64,000 bases of DNA, from the NCBI GenBank assembly GCA_963668625.2, contig CAXXKA010000008.1, positions 1,216,001-1,280,000 on the forward strand, in the 5' to 3' direction. A program made the position numbers and the translations under genes. This DNA is from an uncultured candidate division Zixibacteria bacterium. Lineage in GTDB: Bacteria > Zixibacteria > MSB-5A5 > UBA10806 > 4484-95. The first letter of the stretch is position 1; every line of letters begins with the position of its first letter. Shown piece after piece: positions 1 through 9,515 of the stretch. The notes below the pieces were generated by a model. That model was not told where the DNA came from. It ran no database searches and saw nothing but the letters and a program-made list of their open reading frames with translations.

Positions 1-165
1 ATCGTTTCCGGTGATGAGGATTTCGTTACTGCCGTGGAACGGGTGAAAGAGTTAGGCAAACATGTCGAGGTAGCCAACCTCGGCGGATCATACCTTCTGC
101 GTCAAGCCGCCGATAAGTATATCTTAATTGACGGCGATTTTTTGGAGGGAATACAACAGGTTTAA
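1..165 (+). CDS. NYN (LabA/DUF88) domain protein, 3' end only (runs off the window start)
   Basis: Frame 1 reads IVSGDEDFVTAVERVKELGKHVEV...LRQAADKYI..QQV*. SGDxDF plus 'GKxVEV' and 'LxxAAD' is the C-terminal NYN signature. Not in the ORF track. Confidence 0.8.
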   Translation: MVSGDEDFVTAVERVKELGKHVEVANLGGSYLLRQAADKYILIDGDFLEGIQQV

Positions 166-191
166 AGGTATTGGTTTTGAGAAACTTTTTC

Positions 192-226
192 GGGCCTGCT
201 GATAATGCTAATCAGTGGGCTTTTTC
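192..226 (+). terminator. Possible intrinsic terminator after the NYN gene
   Basis: Imperfect stem gcctgctgat/atcagtgggc followed by a T-run. Confidence 0.4.
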
Positions 227-397
227 TTTGAATAAAGCCGGCGAACTTTGCTAACTGTGTTAACCTTGTAATAGTATTCCAAATAATAAAACAGCAATCG
301 CAAAGGTTGCATACCAGTAACTTATTTTTAGATTGACAATAGCCCTATTACTGATATTTTTCAAGCGATCTAAAGACTGTATTTCAGGAGACTGAGG

Positions 398-1045
398 ATG
401 AAATACTTGATATTGTTGATAGTCTCGATAATGATGCTGGTTTGCACTAGTCAATCGTACGCCGGGGGCACCCAACATTGGAACGATACTATAATCCGGG
501 CGGGAATCAATCCTCGCTGGGAGGCCGAGATTTATGAACGCTCCCGTTGGAGAAATATCGCTTTCGATGAGACATTTCAGAATTGCCTGCAACTGGGGGC
601 CAGATATAAATTCAGCGCTAAATTCAACTTATTAGCGGGTTATCGATACGATATCCAGGATCGGGGAGGTTATTACGAGTTCGAGAATCGTTTTTTGCTG
701 AATTTCAGTTACTCGTTGCCCCTGTTATATAATATCATGCCGAAATTATCCCAGAGAACGGAGTTACGATATTTTACACGCGCCTCGGAGGATCATATCA
801 GGCTGAGGGGCAAGCTGGAGTTGAGCCGGAAACTAGCCGTGCTCGGTCACAAGATCATGCCATACTTAGCTTATGAGATATTCTGGGATGATGATGCCAG
901 AGAGCTAAATCGCCAGAGGCTTTACGCCGGGATTACCGGTCCCATATGCGACAAGTTCTCGATCCGTATAACCTGGATTAGGCAATTTGACAAGGACAGG
1001 GATAATCTCGATATACTTAACAGCGGGCTGAATATGTATTTCTAA
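398..1045 (+). CDS. Outer-membrane beta-barrel protein, DUF2490-like
   Basis: Signal peptide, amphipathic beta-strands, ENR / RLR / YEIF / NRQRLYAG motifs and terminal Phe. SD gagg precedes the ATG. Confidence 0.7.
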   Translation: MKYLILLIVSIMMLVCTSQSYAGGTQHWNDTIIRAGINPRWEAEIYERSRWRNIAFDETFQNCLQLGARYKFSAKFNLLAGYRYDIQDRGGYYEFENRFLLNFSYSLPLLYNIMPKLSQRTELRYFTRASEDHIRLRGKLELSRKLAVLGHKIMPYLAYEIFWDDDARELNRQRLYAGITGPICDKFSIRITWIRQFDKDRDNLDILNSGLNMYF

Positions 1046-1128
1046 TCCATGACACGAGGGTTCGATTTTCAGGCTGTTAAAGACGATTATTTTTGTCGAA
1101 TTATCTCTGATTTTTACTGTACTAACAC

Positions 1129-1157
1129 TTGACACGCCTGAGCAAGTAACCTATATT
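1129..1157 (+). promoter_or_regulatory. Sigma70-type promoter of the ferredoxin gene
   Basis: TTGACA(1129-1134)-17 nt-TATATT(1152-1157). Confidence 0.7.
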
Positions 1158-1235
1158 CGCCACCAATGAGGATGTTATTTATACCTGCTTACGAGGCAGG
1201 TATAAGACTTATAGGTCAACTTAGGAGGAATGAAA

Positions 1236-1424
1236 ATGAAGGTTGAAATCGATCTCGATCTTTGCAGTGGCGATGGCATCTGTGCCGATCTTTGCCCGGA
1301 AGTTTTCGAAATGGACGGCGACAAAGCCAAGGTTATCGTAGCTGAGGTTCCCGAGGATGCCGAAGAGGCTTGCCGCGACGCCGCTGATAGCTGTCCCGAG
1401 GGTTGCATCAACATTATCGAATAA
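1236..1424 (+). CDS. Single-cluster [3Fe-4S]/[4Fe-4S] ferredoxin
   Basis: CSGDGIC...CPEVF...C..CP pattern. SD aggagg at 1223-1228 favours ATG 1236 (ATG 1230 is in frame). Confidence 0.92.
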   Translation: MKVEIDLDLCSGDGICADLCPEVFEMDGDKAKVIVAEVPEDAEEACRDAADSCPEGCINIIE

Positions 1425-1450
1425 CCCTTCCGTAGTTGTAATAAGAATTC

Positions 1451-1482
1451 AAGCCGAGGTTAGCCGCTTCGGCTTTTTTTTT
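1451..1482 (+). terminator. Rho-independent terminator
   Basis: Stem aagccgagg/cttcggctt followed by a long T-run just after the ferredoxin stop. Confidence 0.85.
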
Positions 1483-1500
1483 ACTCTTTTAAAAATAGCT

Positions 1501-1708
1501 GTCATTTCCACGAAAGAGCTTGTTGAAAAAGTTCTTATCGGGTAGTTGCTGTTTCAAGAATCATTTCCCGGCGATATACCGTATGAATACATCAGGAAGG
1601 AAAAGATTCCCTCCTGCTCCGTGAGTTTTTCAACAATCCCGAAAACGGGAATTCCATTATAACACCGCCGAGGCCAATCAACGAGATCCCCATTTTCGTG
1701 GGGATGAT
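1501..1708. repeat. Inverted pair of REP-like palindromes (left copy interrupted by a MITE)
   Basis: Left copy reconstructs to gtcatttccacgaaaacgggaattcc. Right copy gagatccccattttcgtggggatga (1683-1707) is in the opposite orientation. Both resemble the GTCATTCCC-GAAA-GGGAATCC class of extragenic palindromes. Confidence 0.6.
1516..1640. mobile_element. 125-bp MITE (IS1182/IS5-like ends)
   Basis: Terminal inverted repeats gagcttgttgaaaaa (1516-1530) / tttttcaacaatccc (1626-1640), 13/15 match. Flanked by direct repeat gaaa (1512-1515, 1641-1644). Confidence 0.65.
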
Positions 1709-1789
1709 AAAACTTGCCGGCATAAGCCACTTACACCCGACTCATCAATTACTCCTATAAATCTATTGATCGTTAACCATATTTTATCA

Positions 1790-2040
1790 CTAGTGTCCGG
1801 TCTTTTCATCTCGTTGCGAAGCGCTGCTTCGCAACGTGGCTTGTTTGCCGGCAGAATGTGCATTCTACATGATTCAAGAAGGTTTCCAAGCAGCGCTTGG
1901 AAACCAGAAAACCAAGCCCAACATCGGCAGGATATGTCAGGATGAATGATACGCTGAATAAAATAATTATATCGGAAAATATTTTTCATTAACAATTCCA
2001 AGGAGAAATTTAAAATTTAACGAAAAACACCGGACACTAG
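1790..2040. mobile_element. ~250-bp MITE with CTAGTGTCCGG ends
   Basis: Perfect 17-bp inverted repeat tatcactagtgtccggt (1785-1801) / accggacactagtgata (2029-2045), CTAG at both ends, and no transposase inside. Confidence 0.7.
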
Positions 2041-2104
2041 TGATATTTTATATATGATTTTGTTTCAAGACCAATACACGAGCCATTTTGACCGGAGGTA
2101 GATA

Positions 2105-3526
2105 ATGACTACACCATCAACGTTAACCATATCATTTATTGTCTATACGGTAGGAATAGTATTAGTTGGGCTATACACGGCTAAATATGCCTCGCGATCG
2201 ACCTCGGATTACCTTCTGGCCGGGAAAGGACTGGGCGCCTGGGTAACAGCTCTCTCGGCCTCGGCCTCCTCCGAATCCGGTTGGGTTACCCTGGGATTAG
2301 TCGGCACGGCATTCAACGAGGGCCTGGCGGCAATCTGGGTTGCCCCGGGATGCCTTCTGGGATATGTGTTTAACTGGTGGTTCATGGCCGGGCCGATACA
2401 GAAATACGCAGCCGATAAGGAAATTTACACCGTACCCGATATGATGGCCTCGCTATTTAAGGAGAAAGCTCTGGCTATTAGATGGATATCGGTGATTGTC
2501 ATATTCTTTATGATGACTGCTTATGTGGCCGCCCAGTTTAACGCCGCCGGCAAGGCGTTCGAGGCGGTTTTCCATATTAAATACGAGCTGGGCGTATTAA
2601 TCGGTGTACTAATCGTTGTTATATACACTGTCTCCGGCGGATTCCGGGCAGTTGCCTGGACTGATTTCGTGCAGGGTTTGCTGATGTGGCTGGCGCTGGT
2701 AATTCTGCCGTTACTGGTTATCTCGCACGCCGGGGGATTCTCGGAGATGTTTACCAAACTCGAGGCAATCGATTCGGGGCTGGTGAATATCACCAGCAAG
2801 AAAGTCGGTTTCGCGGCACTGGGGCTGATAATCGGCTGGCTGGGGATCGGCTTAGGCTATCCCGGTCAACCGCATGTGCTATTAAGATTCATGGCAACCC
2901 GCGATATGAAAGCTATCAAGCGAGGCCGGATTATTGCGATGGGCTGGGGGATATTCGTATTCACCGGAGCCGTATTTTTAGGACTGGCGACCCGGGTGGT
3001 TTTCGGCACGTTAGCTGATGCCGAGCAGGCGCTGCCTATAATCGCGATTCAGCTTTTACCGGGCGTTATTGCCGGTTTGATGCTGGCGGCCGTGTTAGCG
3101 GCGATATGCTCCACCGCCGACAGCCAGCTTCTGGTGGCATCATCCTCGGTCTCTCATGATTTGTACGCCCGTCTGACCGGCCAGGATCTCGACAGCAAGC
3201 ATGTTATTAATGTCGATAGAATCGCCGTTGCTGTTTTAGGCTTGTTGGCGATGGTGCTGGCATTAACCGCCAACAGGATGATTTTCTCGTTCGTGCTTTA
3301 TGCCTGGGCCGGGCTTGGGGCGGCATTCGCGCCACCTCTGATACTGGGGCTGTTGTGGAGGAAAGCAACCGGCTCGGGAGCAATTGCCGGTATGATAGTC
3401 GGTTTCGTGACAGTAGTGGTCTGGAAGAACATACCGGCGCTTTCAGGGGCGCTTTATGAACTGGTGCCGGCGTTTATATTATCGATGCTGGCAGTGTGGA
3501 TTGTGAGTTTGTTTACGAGGAAGTAA
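2105..3526 (+). CDS. putP: Sodium:solute symporter, sodium/proline symporter-like
   Basis: DYLLAGKGLG, ALSASAS.ESGW, GGFRAVAWTDFVQG, GYPGQPH..RFMA and STADSQLL motifs, ~13 TM segments, SD ggagg. Confidence 0.85.
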   Translation: MTTPSTLTISFIVYTVGIVLVGLYTAKYASRSTSDYLLAGKGLGAWVTALSASASSESGWVTLGLVGTAFNEGLAAIWVAPGCLLGYVFNWWFMAGPIQKYAADKEIYTVPDMMASLFKEKALAIRWISVIVIFFMMTAYVAAQFNAAGKAFEAVFHIKYELGVLIGVLIVVIYTVSGGFRAVAWTDFVQGLLMWLALVILPLLVISHAGGFSEMFTKLEAIDSGLVNITSKKVGFAALGLIIGWLGIGLGYPGQPHVLLRFMATRDMKAIKRGRIIAMGWGIFVFTGAVFLGLATRVVFGTLADAEQALPIIAIQLLPGVIAGLMLAAVLAAICSTADSQLLVASSSVSHDLYARLTGQDLDSKHVINVDRIAVAVLGLLAMVLALTANRMIFSFVLYAWAGLGAAFAPPLILGLLWRKATGSGAIAGMIVGFVTVVVWKNIPALSGALYELVPAFILSMLAVWIVSLFTRK

Positions 3527-3662
3527 ATAAACAATATTTTCCTTAATCAATTCTAATTATAAGCTAACTTTCCTTTTAATACTGTGTGTTATATTTACCA
3601 TATTGTTAATTAATGAGCTATTACATAGGATTTTATATTAATTTTTTTTATGTGGAGGTGCT

Positions 3663-5470
3663 ATGCCTGGATTAAGTATTTATTATACGAAAAACTCAAG
3701 AGATAATGAGCAACTCAAAAGAATCGATTCTGCTAACACATTAATGAGGATAAGGGATGATTATACTACTAAACGAATTATAATTAATCATACTATCACG
3801 GTAGATTTTACAGCATATCCCCAATATCCACGTTCAGTCATAGATAGTAGTGAATATTTAATTTTAATCGAAGGATGTATTTATAATAAACAAGTAAATA
3901 TAACCGAATATGAATTAACAGAAATTGCCTCGAAATTCTTTACTCAGGATAGTAATCTTGCTGAGAAAAAAATCACTGATTGGGTTTTGAACACGCATGG
4001 AGATTTTCTAATCCTATTGCTCGAAAAGCAAACCGGTGATTTTGTTTTATTCAATGATTGTCTGGGACATCTGCCGTTGTTTTATTTCCAATCAGACGAA
4101 TACCTTTTGATCTCCAGAGAACCAAAATTTATAATAAGCGCATTGAACCACAAACAATCGGATACTATGGGGATAGCAGAGTATCTTCTGTTCACATATA
4201 ATTTAAAGCACAGGTCGACCATAAAAGGAATTCACAGGCTTCAACCGGTGAGTATGATAGCTTATAAAGATAACTCGCCTGCTTTAAAGACGTTGTATGA
4301 ATGGGAATTCGGTAAGTCGCAGGATGATTCGATTAAAGTAAGCGAGTATGGTAAGGAGTTTGCCGGGTTGTTCCAGGAGTCAATTCGAAATTGCTCATCG
4401 GCTTTAAGCGATCATTACCCGATAGTGGCATTGAGCGGCGGACTGGATTCTCGTGCTATTTATTTCGGATTGAGCAATTCGGGTGTAAAGTTTTCATCCT
4501 ACACCTCTTCGAATAGCGCTAAGAGTAATCAACCGGATATTGATGTGGCTCATCAAATAGCTGATAAAGTGCCTGCAGATTGGCGACTGTATGAGTTTGG
4601 CTCTATCACTCTCGATGACTATAAGGAAGTGGCTTATAACCAGGAGATCGGAAGTTCTATAATAATGGCTTTAGCATGTGAGGGCTACAGACTGCTTAAC
4701 AATGATTTCGGACATCAGATAAGCTTTTATACCGGTGATGGCGGGAACCAGATACTCCACCCGATAACCACTGACAGAAAATTTGCTAATCTGGATGAAT
4801 TAACGGAATACATGATTAACACCAGTCGAGTCTTTGCTGTTGAGGATATATGTGATTTAACTGGTATTAAAAAGGATGATATATATCAGAATGTTTTCGA
4901 TGTTTTCGATTCGTATCCCGAAACCGATCTGAAATGGAAATATGCCCATTTTAGGACATTTGGTCGAGCATTCAGATTCGTTATGGAGGGGGAGGACAGG
5001 AGTCGGTTTCATTACTGTGTTGGTAGCTCCATTGTGGAACCAATCACTTTTAAAAGTTTCGATGAGTATCCCTGAATCTTATAAACAAAGCCTGATTTTA
5101 TACCGTGAATTCTTCCGCCACCTGGATAAAAGGACACTTGATTTTAAGTATGCTAACACAGGGTACAAACTCGATTCTCCTCTTTCTTTTCTATATGGCA
5201 AGTTGAAATCACTCGCAAAATCTCAACAATGGCTATTTCATTTCGCTAAAAGAGTCATGTTGCGTAATAATTTTGCTCCATTCAACGATCCTGTTTTGTG
5301 ATGGATATATGGATAATGTTATAACCTCCTCTAATACTCTGGGAGATCATATTAATTTGAACTGCCTTGAGCGACTTACAAGCCAGAAATTAAACCGGAT
5401 TCAGTATTACCTGATATATTCTATTATTTTACGTTATTCACTCGTAGAGAATGATTTTACATTCGTATGA
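3663..5470 (+). pseudogene. Asparagine synthase-related amidotransferase-like protein split by two +1 frameshifts (pseudogene or consensus error)
   Basis: Ntn-like N-domain (EG.IYN, G.F, ND.LG.LPLFY), LSGGLDSR PP-loop, TGDGG and EGEDR. The frame continues in 4942-5301 and 5273-5470. Removing one base at ~5018 and one at ~5299 gives a single 601-aa ORF. Confidence 0.75.
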
Positions 5471-5647
5471 TCTGTATGCTTTTTATAAAAGCTGATGCGC
5501 ATCACTGCTTACTGACAAACCGCCACATGCCGCAAGAGCGTGCGCATCAACCTTAAATCTATTTGGAATTAGTTCGTGATATGATACAATCGAGGTAGGG
5601 AATTATTCCCGGGAAATCTGATATCAAATTGTAATTAGGATTTATAC

Positions 5648-6544
5648 TTACCCCAGCTTGGCCCGCTTGGCCAGGTAGCCAAACAGCGCCTTATCGAAAG
5701 GCACGCTGGTGTCCAGTAGATGGTAGTCTATCAGCGAATCGCGGCAGGCGCGGGAGAAATACTCGATATACTCGTTTAGCCGCTCCTTATATTCTCGCCT
5801 GATCTGATGCGGATTAGTTAAAAGCATCTCGCCGGTTTCCATATCTTTGAATCGCGCCTCGGCTTTATAGTTGAAATTGCGCTCGAACGGATCGAGAATC
5901 TGGAATACTATCACCTCATGCTTTTTGTGACGGAAATGCTTGAGGCCCATCAGCATCTTCTCGGGGTCATCGAATAAATCGGAGATTACGACTATCAAGC
6001 CACGGCGCTTTATCCTGTCGGCCAATTCATGAAACGAGTTGGCGGCATCGGTGCGCTGCGAGGGCTGTATCTCGTGCAGTTCTTTCAAGATATGATTGAT
6101 ATGCGAACGCGTCCCCCTGGGCGGAATATACGACCGGATTTTCTCATCATAGACAAGCAAACCGGGGCTATCCTGTTGGCGAAGCATCATGTAAGACAGC
6201 GCCGCCGCCAGATACGAGCCGTATTCCAGTTTGGAGATACCGTCGGACTTGTAACCCATCGAGGCCGAGGAATCCAGAAGTATATAGCCGCGAAGGTTAG
6301 TCTCCTCCTCGAATTGCTTGATATAGTAGCGATCGGATTTGCCATACACTTTCCAGTCAACGTGACGGATATCATCCCCGGGCATATACTGGCGATGTTC
6401 GGCGAACTCGACCGAGAAACCGTGATATGGGCTTTTATGCAGCCCGACTATGAATCCCTCGACGACTAACCGGGCTTTAAGCTCCATACCGGCCAGTTTA
6501 CTGACTGTCTCGGGATCGAGATATTTTTTGTAATCATCAGCCAT
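5648..6544 (-). CDS. DUF58 (VWA-associated) protein
   Basis: G.HKSPYHGFSVEFAEHRQYMPGDD.RHVDWK, KQFEEETN, LDSSASM, VISD motifs. Start placed at MADDYKKYLDP (6544) rather than 6628. Confidence 0.9.
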   Translation of the reverse strand: MADDYKKYLDPETVSKLAGMELKARLVVEGFIVGLHKSPYHGFSVEFAEHRQYMPGDDIRHVDWKVYGKSDRYYIKQFEEETNLRGYILLDSSASMGYKSDGISKLEYGSYLAAALSYMMLRQQDSPGLLVYDEKIRSYIPPRGTRSHINHILKELHEIQPSQRTDAANSFHELADRIKRRGLIVVISDLFDDPEKMLMGLKHFRHKKHEVIVFQILDPFERNFNYKAEARFKDMETGEMLLTNPHQIRREYKERLNEYIEYFSRACRDSLIDYHLLDTSVPFDKALFGYLAKRAKLG

Positions 6545-6642
6545 ATTGATATTATACACAATAAGGTCGCGAAAGGTTAGAGGAAATTGAATTTTATCAG
6601 ATATCTGGCGGATTTTACATAAAATCATTAGTACAGGGATAT

Positions 6643-6735
6643 TGTGATTGGGGTACGTCCTCGCCTGCCCTGGCGGTGCCTCAACTGGTTTGCCCGCTAA
6701 CGAAAGCCGGCGGACGAGGACATCCGCCAGCCACA
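6643..6735. repeat. REP doublet (REPIN-like inverted pair)
   Basis: 6643-6669 matches the reverse complement of 6709-6735 at 20/27 positions. The right copy is itself a hairpin (ggcggacgaggacatccgcc). Confidence 0.6.
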
Positions 6736-6931
6736 GAGTTTAGCTTGAAATTGACGTTTATATACCGAATGGTCATGTGTAATCTTAAGTGTATTAATTA
6801 ATTGGAACCTGTTAATTGCTATGCTTGTATAAATAGGGGAGAGGTGCGTCCGTAGTTTTCGGCGTTTTAGCCCCTTGACTAAATCGAGAATGTGGTTAAA
6901 TTATAATAGATAATTCAACGAAGGAGTTGTA

Positions 6932-9386
6932 ATGATACGCTCTTATATTATTCTATCAGTATTGCTGATAATTACCGCAGCGCCTCTTCTTGCAGCGGAT
7001 AGTTATATTATCGTGGTTGATGGTATTAACGGCTCCAACCAGAATCGGTTGGAGGGTTATCCTAACCGGGCTTATACTAAGATGTCAGACAGGGTGTATC
7101 TTTATGGCTACGATGATGATTTGCAATGGCTTGATAAGCGTTCCGTTAAATATCGGGCGACTCCGATAACCGGTGAACCCTCCTCTCTTTACCTTTGTTA
7201 TGGTACGTTAGAAAGCGATATTACCGGCTCTATTTTCGATATCGGCCGTGATTATATTTTATCGGATAGACCGGTGGCGGATCATTTCTGCAGAAAAATC
7301 AAAACCGATAGGTTGCCTTTTTCCGAATCCTCGGCAAATTTGATCACCGACACGTACGATTATCATCCAACCGTAGCCGCTCTTATCGATGGTGTCGAAG
7401 AGGATTCGTTAATGGATTTTCTGTCGCGTCTTTCGGGCGAGTTGCCTATCGAGATCGACGGCCAAACCGACACCATTCACACTCGTTACTCCGGTACCGA
7501 GGATAACGAAATGGCAGCCAGATATATCCGGCAGACTCTCGAAAGCTATGGTTATGATGTCGAATATCATGGTTTTTACAGCGGTGAACTTCGTAAGATA
7601 AGCGCTTATGATGAAAACCAGGTCTGGATTGTTGAGAACTCCGGCAAGGCTTATCGTACGGTAGATGGTGAAAACTGGCATCTCATGGATATCGGCTTCG
7701 AAACGGATTGGTGGGGCGTGGAAAATAGCGGCCCTGATTCCGTATGGATATCCGGTATGTTCGGTAATCTGTATTTTTCGGATGATGGCGGCGATAGCTG
7801 GGAGGCGCAATCGAGCGGCACGAGTAACTATCTTTTCGGAATACAGTTCGTTGACGCGCAAGAGGGCTGGGTAGCCGGTGATTACGGATTGATTCTTCAT
7901 ACCACAAATGGCGGGCAGAATTGGACGGTGCAGAACACGCCTACCAGTGACCGCCTATATGATGTTTTCTTCCTCGATTCCGAATGCGGCTGGGCGGTCG
8001 GTAGACAGGGCACCATCGTTCACACCACCAATGGCGGCCAGACCTGGACCAGCCAGAATATCTCATCCTCACAAAGACTGTACGGCATTTGTTTCACCGA
8101 TAGTCAGCATGGCTGGGTAACCGGTTGGGGTGGATTAGTTAAATACACCACAAACGGCGGCTCGAGCTGGCAGGATGTCGACCTGGGGGATTATTCGGAG
8201 AAATATGCGGTGCAGTTTACCAATACCAATCATGGTTGTATTGCCGGTTGGGATGGCAAAATATATGTCACATTCGATGCCGGCACAACCTGGGAGACGG
8301 CCACGACCAATACGACTGACAATCTTTATGCCTTAGAATTTTGCAGCGATACTCGGGGATACGCCGCCGGGGATGACGCCTTGCTATACACTCATGACGG
8401 CGGGCTTAACTGGTACGAAATAAGCAGCGGCATGGAGGATGCCTGGCGTAACGTTATTGGCACCAAACTCGGTACTACACTGTTCGAGGAGCAAGTTATA
8501 ATTTGCGGTCATTTCGATAATATATCCCAAACTCCGGAGATTAGAGCGACCGGCGCCGACGATAACGGTTCGGGCACGATGGCGGTACTGGAGGCGGCCC
8601 GGCTATACGCCAATACTAATTTCGAGCGCACGATTAAATTTTGCTTATGGACAGGCGAGGAGCAAGGACTGACCGGCTCGGCGGCATATGCAGCCGATGC
8701 TTACCGCAATGGCGATATCATAATGGGAGTGTATAATTACGATATGATCGCTTATGATGGTAATGCCGATTATATAGGTGAACTTCACTGCGGAACAATG
8801 AGCACCTCGCATGCGATAGGAGACCTGTTGGTTGATGTGATAGATGATTACAGTATCTTGCTCAACCCGGAATATATCACGATCGGCTCTACCAACCGGT
8901 CCGATCACGCCTCGTTCTGGGATTATAATTACGGCGCGATACTGGGTATCGAGGATTTCGGGTGATGATTTCAATCCGTTTTATCATACTACCGAGGACA
9001 ATATGGAGCATATCGTTGCCGACTATTTCACGCAGTATGTTAAAGCCGCAGTTGGAGCGGCGGCCACGCTGGCCATGCCGGATACGATTAATTCGGATAT
9101 TAATGATGCCAATGCATTGCCCGATAATTACCTGGTATCATCGAATTACCCCAACCCATTTAATGCTAATACGGTAATTAATTTTAATCTTCCTTCAAAA
9201 TCCTCAACGCGCGTAAGTGTTTATGATGTGCTAGGTCGTGAGGTCGAGGTGTTGTTAGAGGATAATCTCAACGCCGGGAAACATAAGGTGCGCTGGCAGG
9301 CCGATGATTATTCCAGCGGTATTTATTTCTACAGGATAAAGACCGATTACGATCTATTAACCAAGCGGATGATATTGTTGAAGTAG
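6932..9386 (+). pseudogene. Secreted M28 metallopeptidase with an inserted YCF48/BNR beta-propeller and a T9SS-type C-terminal domain, interrupted by one +1 frameshift at ~8960
   Basis: Signal peptide. M28 motifs GHFD, GADDNGSG, GEEQG, NYDM, SDH, then FNPFYHT and SNYPNPFNA...GIYFY...KRMILLK in the +1 frame (ORF 8844-9386). TTNGG.NW Asp-box repeats. Joined length 817 aa. Confidence 0.8.
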
Positions 9387-9515
9387 AACAATCTCTACGA
9401 TTCTCACATAGCGCATAACTTTCCGGTTCCAAAACGCTGCATCGTAATGAGGGCAGGTAATAAGTTGCTGGTCGCAGGGGCGTATCGAATATGCCTTTTC
9501 CTGCTTAAGGAATTA

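Noticed and set aside
260-592. Minus-strand ORF and the many other short ORFs antisense to or nested within long genes
   Set aside because: They are shadow ORFs of well-supported genes, with no recognisable motifs or translation signals.
1050-1080. GGTTCGA resembling a tRNA T-loop
   Set aside because: No T-stem, acceptor stem or cloverleaf can be formed around it.
1678-2001. 107-aa minus-strand ORF as a possible transposase
   Set aside because: It has no transposase motifs and crosses the MITE boundary into REP DNA, so it is likely spurious.
5299-5301. TGA codons at the gene breaks (also 8963-8965) as selenocysteine or recoded stops
   Set aside because: The downstream homology continues in a different frame, so these are frameshifts rather than read-through. 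TGA is used as a normal stop elsewhere in the window.
5491-5552. Palindrome tgatgcgcatca and inverted partner tgcgcatcaac
   Set aside because: Short and single-copy in this window. It may be a degenerate REP or terminator between convergent genes, but support is insufficient.
6802-6820. Sigma54-like TGGAAC...TTGCT upstream of the M28 gene (similar case at ~21615)
   Set aside because: GG-to-GC spacing is 12 nt (and 9 nt at ~21615), not the required 10.
9476-9498. Hairpin aggggcgtat/atatgccttt between convergent genes
   Set aside because: It cannot be distinguished between a REP remnant and a weak terminator, and has no second copy in the window.
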